Shown here piece after piece: positions 49,863 through 58,055 of a stretch of 64,000 nt of DNA. The translations under genes and the position numbers were made by a program. The notes beneath the pieces were generated by a model. It was not told where the DNA came from, searched no databases, and worked only from the letters and a program-made list of their open reading frames with translations. The stretch is from Candidatus Cloacimonadota bacterium (GTDB lineage Bacteria > Cloacimonadota > Cloacimonadia > Cloacimonadales > JAIOQZ01), in contig JAIOQZ010000045.1 in the NCBI GenBank assembly GCA_021108395.1, forward strand, positions 11,487 to 75,486. The letters are read 5' to 3'. Each line of letters starts with the position of its first letter. Positions within the stretch are counted from its first letter, which is position 1.

Positions 49863-51620
49863 ATGTCCAGCAAGTCCAGCATGGAGTACTACCCGAACCT
49901 GAAAGAAATCTCGCCCATTCGCGCTATGGCGAAAACCATCCTGCTGAATCACAATGTCCGGCGGGTTACCGCTGCCCAGGCCTATGAGATGGCGCAGAAC
50001 CAGCCCGGTGTCTCACGCACAGACATGCCCATCTATCCGCCGGCCGCCCGCAGACTGGGACTGCCCGAAGGCGCCATGGTACTCAATGACTGTCATGGCC
50101 AGGTTATCGGTCGCACGGCCAAAGCCAGGCGCTTTTACAACCGCATGGACGCCAGCGAAAAACGCAAGGTCGAAGGCGACCTGCGCGAGGCCATCTATCA
50201 GTTGCAGCATTACGACCTCATCTGTGCCGAAGCGGTTCTTGGCCTCGATCCCGACCTGATGATTCGGGCGCACTATGTGACCACCAGTACCGACGCGATG
50301 AACGTGTTCAACTGGCTGGTGAACTTCATGCCGTTCGAGCTGGTGGAGGACGAGTACAATCGCAGCAAGCCTTTGCCCATCAAGGACATTATCATCGTCG
50401 CCTTCAACGAGTGGTCGTGCGACGATCCGTTCTATCACTGCGTGGGGCAGCCGCAGCTTGCCCTTGTGGACGAGCAGCACAACGTCATCTTCAACTTGGG
50501 TATGCGATACTTTGGCGAGCGCAAGAAAGGCACCCTCACCCTCGCCTGGACATCCGGTATGCGACTGGGCATGGCGGCCAGTCACGGCGGCATTAAAGAA
50601 ATCGACTTCTCGCAGTGCACAGACGAAAAGTTCCGCAAGCTGAAGAAAAGCTCGATCGCCTTCTACGGGCTATCCGGTACCGGAAAGTCCTCGCACACCA
50701 ACTCACACGACAACGGCGGCACCCTGCCCGAGGGCTTCAAGAAAGTGGTGCTGCACGACGACGCTTTCCAGATTGACCCGCGCAAGAAGGTCTGCCGCGT
50801 GTGGGAGCCGTCGCTGTTCGACAAAACCGACAGCCGCGACCTCGACCACCCCGACTGGAAGTACTGCCTCAGCGTCATGAACCACTCGCTCATCCAGGCG
50901 TTTGGCCGTACGCTGCCGCTGGGTATGGACGTGCGCAACGCCAACGGCCGCGCCCTCATCGACCGAGACCTGCTGGGTGAATGGGTGAACCGATGCAGCT
51001 TCCCCAAGGCTCTGGTGTGGCTGATGAAAGACATCTGCCTGCCGCCGGCGCTCAAGTTCTCTGATAAACATCTGGCTGTGGCCATGGGCGCCGCGCTGAT
51101 GACCAAGCGCAGCCGGGCGGAGAACGTGACCGAAGAGGAGCTGAAGAAGCTGGTGTTCGAGCCTTTCGCCAATCCCTTTCGCGTGTATGAACTGCACAAG
51201 GACGTCGAGGCGTTCCTCGAGGTTATCGACAGCGGCGCCGAGGTTTACACCTTCAACTCGACAGGCTTCTGGAAATGCTCCGAGGCCGAACTCGAGGACA
51301 TCCCCCTGCAAACCTCACTCACACTGCAAACCCTCATTCTCACCGAGCAGATCGAGTGGGAGCCATGCGGATTCCTGCCCGGGGCGCTCGTGCCGACAAA
51401 AGACTCCATCGACCCGCACCTGCCGGGCTATTATGAGCGCTACAGCATCGCGGCGAGAGAGAATCCCGAGGATATGAAAGACCTCATGCGCGATCGTTTC
51501 AAGCAGCGCCGCAAATACCTCTTCAAGTCCGACCTACAGTCACAGCCGCAGTTGCTGAAGAAGCTGCTGCACGTGCTGCACATCGAGGCGGAGGAAGTGG
51601 ACCTGGACGACGATCTATAG
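49863..51620 (+). CDS. Divergent ATP-dependent phosphoenolpyruvate carboxykinase-like protein
   Basis: YGLSGTGKSS compares with PckA kinase-1a FGLSGTGKTT, LHDDAF with IGDDEH, and N-terminal GQVIGRTAKARRF with TGRSPKDKF. Length (585 aa) is compatible, but overall similarity is well below typical PckA conservation. SD GGAGG lies 4 nt upstream. Confidence 0.55.
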   Translation: MSSKSSMEYYPNLKEISPIRAMAKTILLNHNVRRVTAAQAYEMAQNQPGVSRTDMPIYPPAARRLGLPEGAMVLNDCHGQVIGRTAKARRFYNRMDASEKRKVEGDLREAIYQLQHYDLICAEAVLGLDPDLMIRAHYVTTSTDAMNVFNWLVNFMPFELVEDEYNRSKPLPIKDIIIVAFNEWSCDDPFYHCVGQPQLALVDEQHNVIFNLGMRYFGERKKGTLTLAWTSGMRLGMAASHGGIKEIDFSQCTDEKFRKLKKSSIAFYGLSGTGKSSHTNSHDNGGTLPEGFKKVVLHDDAFQIDPRKKVCRVWEPSLFDKTDSRDLDHPDWKYCLSVMNHSLIQAFGRTLPLGMDVRNANGRALIDRDLLGEWVNRCSFPKALVWLMKDICLPPALKFSDKHLAVAMGAALMTKRSRAENVTEEELKKLVFEPFANPFRVYELHKDVEAFLEVIDSGAEVYTFNSTGFWKCSEAELEDIPLQTSLTLQTLILTEQIEWEPCGFLPGALVPTKDSIDPHLPGYYERYSIAARENPEDMKDLMRDRFKQRRKYLFKSDLQSQPQLLKKLLHVLHIEAEEVDLDDDL

Positions 51621-51648
51621 CATCGGCCAGGCGACTAAATGAGGTCAG

Positions 51649-52422
51649 ATGGCTCAAGCTGATAACAAGCCGACTCTACACAGCCTGCTCGACAGCCACG
51701 TTCACCTGGCCGAGCCGCGACTGCGAGACAATCTCGCCACCGAGCTGTCCCTGGCGCGAGAGGTGGGCGTGAACGCATTTCTCTCCTGCGCACTCAACCG
51801 CGCCGAATACGACTGGCACCGCGACGCCGACATCGACGGTATGCGCTGGGTGGCAGGCATCCATCCCCACTGGGAGCACAGCTCCCCCGACGATCTCCCC
51901 CACCTCGAATCCCTCTGCGAAAGCGGCCTCGTCGCCGGCATCGGTGAAGTCGGACTGGACAGGCGTGGTGACATCGAGGCGCAGAGGCCGCTGCTCGACC
52001 GCCAGCTTGGTCTCGCCCTCGACTTCGATCTGCCGGTGGTGTTGCACTGCGTACGCGCCTGGCCGGAACTTCTTGGCCTGTTGAAGCGGCGCTTTCCGAA
52101 AGTGCACGGTATGCTGCACGGCTTTAACGCGCCGGTGGCAACGCTCGAACCGTTCTTCGCCCTCGATCTCGCCATCAGCCTGGGTGGCGGCGTCACTTCG
52201 CGCCCCGATGCCTCACAGGTGGTGCGCCGCGTGCTGCGGCACGGGCGTGTGCTGCTGGAAACCGATGCGCCCTGGCAACTGCCCCGCTGGCTCGATGACG
52301 ACTACAATCGCCCGGCGCACCTGGCTCTCATAGCGCAGAAGGTGGCCACGCTGGGCGGGGTGAGTTATGAGCAATTGTGCGCCATGCAACACGCCACTGC
52401 GCGGGAGCTGGGCTTCGCATGA
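51649..52422 (+). CDS. tatD: TatD-family metal-dependent hydrolase
   Basis: 257 aa with DSHVHL, GIGEVGLD, VVLHCV, MLHGF and ETDAP motifs. Confidence 0.85.
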   Translation: MAQADNKPTLHSLLDSHVHLAEPRLRDNLATELSLAREVGVNAFLSCALNRAEYDWHRDADIDGMRWVAGIHPHWEHSSPDDLPHLESLCESGLVAGIGEVGLDRRGDIEAQRPLLDRQLGLALDFDLPVVLHCVRAWPELLGLLKRRFPKVHGMLHGFNAPVATLEPFFALDLAISLGGGVTSRPDASQVVRRVLRHGRVLLETDAPWQLPRWLDDDYNRPAHLALIAQKVATLGGVSYEQLCAMQHATARELGFA

Positions 52423-53144
52423 GCGGCATTTTCCAGCGCACGGCGCTGCTCTATGGGCAGGACGCCCTGGCGCGGTTCGCCGAGATGCGTGTGGGCGTGT
52501 TTGGACTGGGTGGCGTGGGCTGCATGGCAGCCGAGGCAGTGGCGCGCAGTGGCGTGGGCGGATTCGTACTCGTCGATTTCGACCGCGTGAAGTCCAGCAA
52601 CATCAACCGCCAACTCGCGGCGCTGCACAGTACGCTCGAACAACCCAAAGCCGAGACCATGCGCGCCCGCCTGCTGGACATCAACCCGCAGGCGCGGGTG
52701 GAAGCCGTCACCGCCTTCGCCGACGAATCAACGCGCAGCGAACTGCTGGCGCGGGTGGATGTGGTGGTGGACGCCATAGACAGCCTGGGACCCAAGACGG
52801 GGCTGATCGAGGACGCGCTGGCTCGCGGACTGCCGCTCATCAGCGTGATGGGCGCCGCCGGGCGCCGCGATCCCTCGAAGGTGCGGCTGGACGATCTATC
52901 GCGCTCACAGGGGTGCTCGCTGGCGCGGCGTGTGCGGCGCTACCTGCGCAGACGTGGCATCGAGGGCGGGTTTCCGGTGGTATATTCCACCGAGCAGCCG
53001 GTAGCGCAGCTCGACTACGAGGCGGGTTCGGAAGAGGAGTGGGAGCTGGAGCGTGGGCGCAGACGTGGCACGTTGCCTTCGTCCATGCACATCCCGGCCA
53101 TCATGGGTTTGTGGGCCGCCGCCTGGGTGCTGGAGAGGGAGTAG
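52419..53144 (+). CDS. tcdA: tRNA threonylcarbamoyladenosine dehydratase (ThiF/E1-like)
   Basis: The ATG overlaps the tatD stop (ATGA). VGVFGLGGVGCMAAEAVARSGVGGFVLVDFDRVKSSNINRQ matches TcdA/CsdL. Confidence 0.85.
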   Translation: MSGIFQRTALLYGQDALARFAEMRVGVFGLGGVGCMAAEAVARSGVGGFVLVDFDRVKSSNINRQLAALHSTLEQPKAETMRARLLDINPQARVEAVTAFADESTRSELLARVDVVVDAIDSLGPKTGLIEDALARGLPLISVMGAAGRRDPSKVRLDDLSRSQGCSLARRVRRYLRRRGIEGGFPVVYSTEQPVAQLDYEAGSEEEWELERGRRRGTLPSSMHIPAIMGLWAAAWVLERE

Positions 53145-53774
53145 CTATTTCGTTAGTGTATCGAGTTTGTCAAACAGCAGGTCAATGTCGGTGCTGAGGG
53201 CGTCATCACCGCAATCATTGGCTTTCTTTTCTTTTCTCATCATTTTTGCACGTTCTCTCGCCTTTGGGAGCAATTCAAGTAGTTCCTGCATGTGCTTTTC
53301 TATAAAATAGCGATGGCCTTTCTGATACTTCGGTAAGTATTTCTTCAGTTCTGCAATAAGCTTGTCGCATTCAAGATAATCGGCTGATGTGTAACAATAA
53401 TGGAGCAAAAGCCAGACCTCAAAGCAAGGCATACTGAGAAACAGCTTAATCTTGCTATCCTTTGCCCTGTACTTATTCTGAATATTCTTGAATTCATTGA
53501 GAAGTTCTTGATTCCTCATGATAACATCTTTATCAAAAACAACCAAAGCCAAGTCATAGCCTTCCTTGATTAATCGCTTTGCTTTAGCTATAATGCCATC
53601 AAGACATGGATGACCATTTGGTAGTTCCGGTTTTGTTTTAACAACAGATCTGTACTTGCGCGAATTTTGAATAATTTTCTGGAAATACGCCTGCTCGGTT
53701 TCACCTTCAGCGACAATAACCCAACTTTTCTCCTTTTTTCTGCCCTTTCTTCTGCCTTTTGTATAGTGTGCCAC
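53145..53774 (-). CDS. RloB-like (Toprim-related) protein, AbiLii-like
   Basis: GTG start with SD AGGAG overlapping the upstream ATPase stop. WVIVAEGETEQAYFQKI matches the RloB motif (CEGEKTEPxYF), and an acidic VVFDKD follows. The gene is AT-rich, and its stop codon abuts the tcdA stop with 0 nt between. Confidence 0.7.
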   Translation of the reverse strand: MAHYTKGRRKGRKKEKSWVIVAEGETEQAYFQKIIQNSRKYRSVVKTKPELPNGHPCLDGIIAKAKRLIKEGYDLALVVFDKDVIMRNQELLNEFKNIQNKYRAKDSKIKLFLSMPCFEVWLLLHYCYTSADYLECDKLIAELKKYLPKYQKGHRYFIEKHMQELLELLPKARERAKMMRKEKKANDCGDDALSTDIDLLFDKLDTLTK

Positions 53775-53782
53775 AATATCTC

Positions 53783-55048
53783 CTAAAACTCAACAATCGG
53801 TAATGCGCCAAGCTTACCTGTCCGATATGCATTGAAATAGGAGTTTTCTTTCTTTAGGTTGAAATCCGCCATCGAGAAGAGTTCGGTCGAGCCATCCTCC
53901 TTCTTGTCCGTAAACCACACAGCATCACGGCGCAGGATGTCTTTCTCCATGAGCAGGCTGGTGTTGTGCGTGGTGAACAGCAACTGCGCCTGGCTGTTCT
54001 GCTCTTTTGATCGCTTCAGGAAATCCACCAGCAGGAACTTCACCAGTTCGGGGTGCAGGGAGCTTTCGATTTCGTCGATATACAGCAGGGTGTTTAGTCG
54101 CAAGCACTCGAAAACGGGTCCACTCAAGCTAAAATATCGCTGCGTCCCAGCAGATTCATCATCAAATGGCAATTCGCCACTCACTTCGCCGCTCTCATGT
54201 AGTAATAATATCTCGTCAAATTTAGGTTGCTTGATGTCTCGCACATGCTCAGGTGCTTGCTGTCGATAAATTTCCAAGGCTAATCCTTCGAGAATGTGCT
54301 CCTTTGTACGCAAGTTAGAAATATGAAAATCAGCTTTCCGAAGTTGATCAAGAATATACTCACTAACTTTCTCCGAATCTATAATTAATTGAGTTGTGAA
54401 ATGGTGTAATCCCTGCTCTTTCGGGTATATTGCAGGCATCGTGTGGAGTCGAAACCAATTGTAAGCGGCCTCCAATTGTGGCACTTCTATGTTCGCTTCG
54501 CTTATTGCCGACAACACAGATCTGTTGGGCAATGTGCTCACCTTTATCTTGTCACGCTCGGCTTGGTTAGTGCGGATTGTCTTACCTAGTTCGATTTTTG
54601 GTATTTCTGATTGTGAATCATAATCGCGCCTGAAAACCAATGCAGGCTGTGTGCGCGGATAATAGGTGAGTTCCTCCGAAACGATATACTTGTTTGTGAG
54701 CACTATATCGTATATGTATTTAGTTTTATCGGCGATAAAAACAACCCGGAAATGACCCGGTGATTTTTTTGTGTTATCTGAAAACAGGAACGGTGTATGT
54801 GCAAGTGCTTTATCACGATTTGGTGTTTCCAGCACCACTGAGCGTACCAGTTCCAGCGCCCTCAGGATATTCGTCTTTCCCGAAGCGTTGGGGCCATAAA
54901 GCATACCCACGCGAAGAAGGTGCAACTTGTGCTCCGGCAGGTTGATGACGTAGTAGTCTTCAAGGGTTTTATCGGATGTCGCTTCAAAGCTGAGGGTCAC
55001 TTCGTCCTTAATCGACCTGTAGTTGGAAACGCTGAATTCAACAAGCAT
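53783..55048 (-). CDS. AAA_15/21-type ABC ATPase, AbiLi/RloA-like
   Basis: 421 aa with FSVSNYRSIKDEVTL, Walker A GPNASGKTN, signature-like AGTQRYFSL, Walker B LLYIDEIESSLHP and H-loop FTTHNT. SD GAGGTG lies 5 nt upstream. AT-rich. Confidence 0.8.
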   Translation of the reverse strand: MLVEFSVSNYRSIKDEVTLSFEATSDKTLEDYYVINLPEHKLHLLRVGMLYGPNASGKTNILRALELVRSVVLETPNRDKALAHTPFLFSDNTKKSPGHFRVVFIADKTKYIYDIVLTNKYIVSEELTYYPRTQPALVFRRDYDSQSEIPKIELGKTIRTNQAERDKIKVSTLPNRSVLSAISEANIEVPQLEAAYNWFRLHTMPAIYPKEQGLHHFTTQLIIDSEKVSEYILDQLRKADFHISNLRTKEHILEGLALEIYRQQAPEHVRDIKQPKFDEILLLHESGEVSGELPFDDESAGTQRYFSLSGPVFECLRLNTLLYIDEIESSLHPELVKFLLVDFLKRSKEQNSQAQLLFTTHNTSLLMEKDILRRDAVWFTDKKEDGSTELFSMADFNLKKENSYFNAYRTGKLGALPIVEF

Positions 55049-55137
55049 AATGTCACCTCAATCTCGGTTTTGCGCAAGTTTACTGCAAATATACCAGTTT
55101 CAGGTGACGATGTCAAGGTTTTCTTTCGCGGAACTCC

Positions 55138-56805
55138 CTACACCTTCTGCCGCATGGCCTGCGAGATGTTGAGCGAGTTGTCGCCGATGTGCTCGAAGTG
55201 GCGCAGGAAATCGATGTACATCAGCTCCGCCTTGACATCGGCGCCGGCCTGCATACGGCGACGGGCGTCTTTCTTCAGCCGGTCGCGGTACTGGTCAATC
55301 TGAATCTCCAGATCAACCGCCTTTTGCAACTCCTGCTCTTCAAGATGTTCGGTGAGCCTGCCGTGAAAAAACTCGACGAAGCGCATCACCAGCGCGGCAA
55401 ACTCTCGAATCTCCTGCTCGGCGTGTTCGTGCAGCTTGATGTTACGTTCATAGCGCTTCTTTGAAAGCAGCATTAGCCGAAAGCAACTGTCGCCCACGCT
55501 TTCCAGTTCGTGCACGATGCGAATGTAAGCATGGATGTCCCGAACCGTCTGCTCGTTTAGATCATCCTTGGTGATCTCGAGCAGAAAGCGGCTGATCTCC
55601 TCCTGCATCTGGTCGGTGAGTTCCTCCATCTGCTGGATGCGCTCCACCTGGTCGCCCATCTTCTTGTCGGGATTGAGAAACAACTCGACGACGAGGCGTA
55701 ACATGTCCTCGGCCACCTGGCCCATCTTGTTTATCTCTCTCTTGGCCTCGATTAAATAGAACTGGGGCGTGTCCTGGATTGAACCAGACAGGTAACGCAT
55801 GCTGTAGCGCCTGGGTATCACATCGTCCTTTCCGGGAACGAGCTTCACCACCAGCTTGGCGAAGTAGGGCACGAACCCGATGAAAAGCAGCGTGTTGGCG
55901 ATGTTGAAAATGGTGTGAAACAGGGCAAGATTGAGCGGCAGGTTCTCCACTAACGCTGTATCCCACGGCGCCAGCCACAGTACAAGCTTGAGCACCCAGC
56001 CGAATACGAACGCTATCCAGACGACGCCAAGCACGTTGAACAGCATATGCGCCCGTGCGGCTCGGCGGGCGTTTATCTGTGTGCCAATGGAAGCCAGGAA
56101 CGCTGTGATAGTGGTGCCAATGTTCTCTCCCAGAACGATGGCGGCGGCGACAGGGAAATCGATCCAACCCTTGAACGCCATAGTGACGGTAATGGCCATG
56201 GCCGCGCTGGACGACTGCACGATGACCGTAAGCAAAGTTCCCACCCCCACGAATAGAAGGAAAGAGAAGATACCAAAGTCGCCAGAGCCTTGCAGCCACT
56301 CGATGATGTGGCGATGCTGTTCGATGTCCAGGTCGGGCACCGACTCCTTAAGAAACGACAATCCCAGGAACAACAGGCCAAAACCCACCAATATCTCGCC
56401 AAAGTCGCGGCGGTTGCGGCGCTTGGAGAGAATGAACGGCAAGCCGATACCGACGATGGGCAGCGCCAGCGCCGAAATGCCCATCTTGAAGCCCACGACC
56501 GATACGATCCAGGTGGTCACCGTCGTGCCGATGTTGGCGCCCATGATGACACCGATGGACTGCGTCAGATTGAGCAGGCCGGCATTGACGAAGCTCACCA
56601 CCATCACCGTGGTGGCCGAAGACGACTGCACCAGCGCTGTGATGAGAAAGCCGGTGAGCACGGCGAAAACGCGGTTGCGTGTCATGAAGTTGAGAATGGA
56701 TTGCATGCGGTTGCCGGCGGCCTTCTGCAAGCCGTCGCTCATCACCCTCATGCCAAAAAGAAAAACGCCCAGCGAGCCAAGAATCCCGAAGAACGTGGAA
56801 ATCAT
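55138..56805 (-). CDS. Na/Pi cotransporter family protein with C-terminal PhoU-like domain
   Basis: 555 aa with duplicated VQSSSATT / VQSSSAAMAIT membrane repeats (NptA/YjbB-like) and a C-terminal helical PhoU-type region. Confidence 0.88.
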   Translation of the reverse strand: MISTFFGILGSLGVFLFGMRVMSDGLQKAAGNRMQSILNFMTRNRVFAVLTGFLITALVQSSSATTVMVVSFVNAGLLNLTQSIGVIMGANIGTTVTTWIVSVVGFKMGISALALPIVGIGLPFILSKRRNRRDFGEILVGFGLLFLGLSFLKESVPDLDIEQHRHIIEWLQGSGDFGIFSFLLFVGVGTLLTVIVQSSSAAMAITVTMAFKGWIDFPVAAAIVLGENIGTTITAFLASIGTQINARRAARAHMLFNVLGVVWIAFVFGWVLKLVLWLAPWDTALVENLPLNLALFHTIFNIANTLLFIGFVPYFAKLVVKLVPGKDDVIPRRYSMRYLSGSIQDTPQFYLIEAKREINKMGQVAEDMLRLVVELFLNPDKKMGDQVERIQQMEELTDQMQEEISRFLLEITKDDLNEQTVRDIHAYIRIVHELESVGDSCFRLMLLSKKRYERNIKLHEHAEQEIREFAALVMRFVEFFHGRLTEHLEEQELQKAVDLEIQIDQYRDRLKKDARRRMQAGADVKAELMYIDFLRHFEHIGDNSLNISQAMRQKV

Positions 56806-56828
56806 TACACCTTCCTGTCGCGAGGATT

Positions 56829-56858
56829 GTTAAGATTGAGACAATGTCTGGTTAAGAT
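56829..56858 (-). promoter_or_regulatory. Candidate operator upstream of the Na/Pi transporter
   Basis: GTTAAGAT-tg-AGACAaTGTCT-g-GTTAAGAT. Two identical 8-mers 22 bp apart flank a perfect 5-1-5 palindrome. The motif lies 24-53 nt upstream of the start codon. Confidence 0.35.
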
Positions 56859-56917
56859 AAGCCGGTATGCATGTCAACCCAAATCGTTACGCGCCTGCGA
56901 TGAAAACGACTGGCATC

Positions 56918-57095
56918 GCGGGTTCTGCCCCTGAACACCCCATCCCCGACCCTTCCCCTGCATGGGGAGAAGGGAGTCCGATTTTTACGTGGAGCCGCTG
57001 TGCGGCTTACCATCTCCTATGCAGGAGAGGGTCGGCGGTACTCCGACGGGGTGAGGTGTCTTTGCATGGCGAAAGTGGGGTGAGGACACCATCAG
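56918..57095. repeat. Composite of a T-like hairpin fragment and an inverted-repeat / GGGGTGAGG element
   Basis: GCGGGTTCTGCCCCTGAACACCCC resembles the variant T of locus G. Then CCGACCCTTCCCCTGCATGGGGAGAAGGG (56946-56974) and CCATCTCCTATGCAGGAGAGGGTCGG (57011-57036) form an inverted pair around the GCCGCtgtGCGGC hairpin. Two GGGGTGAGG(t/a)(g/c)... copies follow. Confidence 0.55.
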
Positions 57096-57163
57096 CGAGT
57101 TTTTCGGTTGAGGTCCAGACTTCCACGCAATAGCCACCGATTTCCTGCGTTTCTCTATGGGTT

Positions 57164-57886
57164 TTATAGCAAAACTTCATGGTTAACAAATTCTAATGTG
57201 AAAAAACTAATACCTAATGCAAGTGAAAGGGCTTTCAGTTTTGGTCGATTCCCAACTTTCATGTCTTTTAATTCATCATAGGCTTTACAACTAGGAGTAA
57301 CCAACACTGCTGGTATGACTTTGATCTTAGATGACTCAATTTCTCCCATTATATTACTCATGATGAAATCCTTAACAAGCTTGTCTTTATCAACGATGTT
57401 GTAATATGTATAGCTTTCCAATAATGCACGTAGCAGCGGTTCCTTATTGCCTTGATTCTTCAACTCGATAAGAAAAAGGATTCTTCTTTCTTCATGAAAT
57501 GAAATCAGATCTATGCTACCGATTCCTGTATCACTGTTTGTGTCTTGAAGTGGAATCTGATAGTCGAGAATTTTCCCCATTTCTTTAAATTCTAAATATG
57601 CTATTCGTTTAGCAAATATGTTCTCTTTTTGGGAACTCAATAGATTAATACTTATTTTACTATGCGAAGGTCGGTAATATGAGCTAGTTCTTTTAACTGA
57701 TTTTATGCTATTAAATACGGTTAGATTTTTTAGTAACTCTTGTGCTATTATTTCGGTGTATAAAACCCTTGTGTCATTGGTAATTCCGATATTATTAACG
57801 CATTCCGCTGTGTAGAGTGAGTCGATGTTAATCAGTTCGCTTTGTAATCTATTCTTTGTTTCCTTTTCCGAATACATTTTGCTCAT
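57164..57886 (-). CDS. Hypothetical protein with PD-(D/E)xK nuclease-like motif (AT-rich islet)
   Basis: ATG 57886 is preceded by AGAGAGG. The core GIGSIDLISFHEERRILFLIELKNQ fits D-x15-E-x-K. The gene is very AT-rich, and I recognise no other family. Confidence 0.55.
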   Translation of the reverse strand: MSKMYSEKETKNRLQSELINIDSLYTAECVNNIGITNDTRVLYTEIIAQELLKNLTVFNSIKSVKRTSSYYRPSHSKISINLLSSQKENIFAKRIAYLEFKEMGKILDYQIPLQDTNSDTGIGSIDLISFHEERRILFLIELKNQGNKEPLLRALLESYTYYNIVDKDKLVKDFIMSNIMGEIESSKIKVIPAVLVTPSCKAYDELKDMKVGNRPKLKALSLALGISFFTLEFVNHEVLL

Positions 57887-58014
57887 AATTGATCCTCTCT
57901 GTACTTTGTTATTTACATCCCTCGTCATTGAGCTTCTCCTGCTCACCAATGTCAAGAATGATGATAATCTAAACCATACCCTTTGTCCCTGAGTGAAGCT
58001 TTCAAGAATAACGA

Positions 58015-58035
58015 AGCCCGGCCAGTGACCGGGCT
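58015..58035 (-). terminator. Terminator candidate downstream of the T9SS cargo gene
   Basis: The minus strand reads AGCCCGG-tcactgg-CCGGGCT followed by TCGTTATTCTT. Confidence 0.5.
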
Positions 58036-58055
58036 CCTTGTCGTATAGTGGCAGT

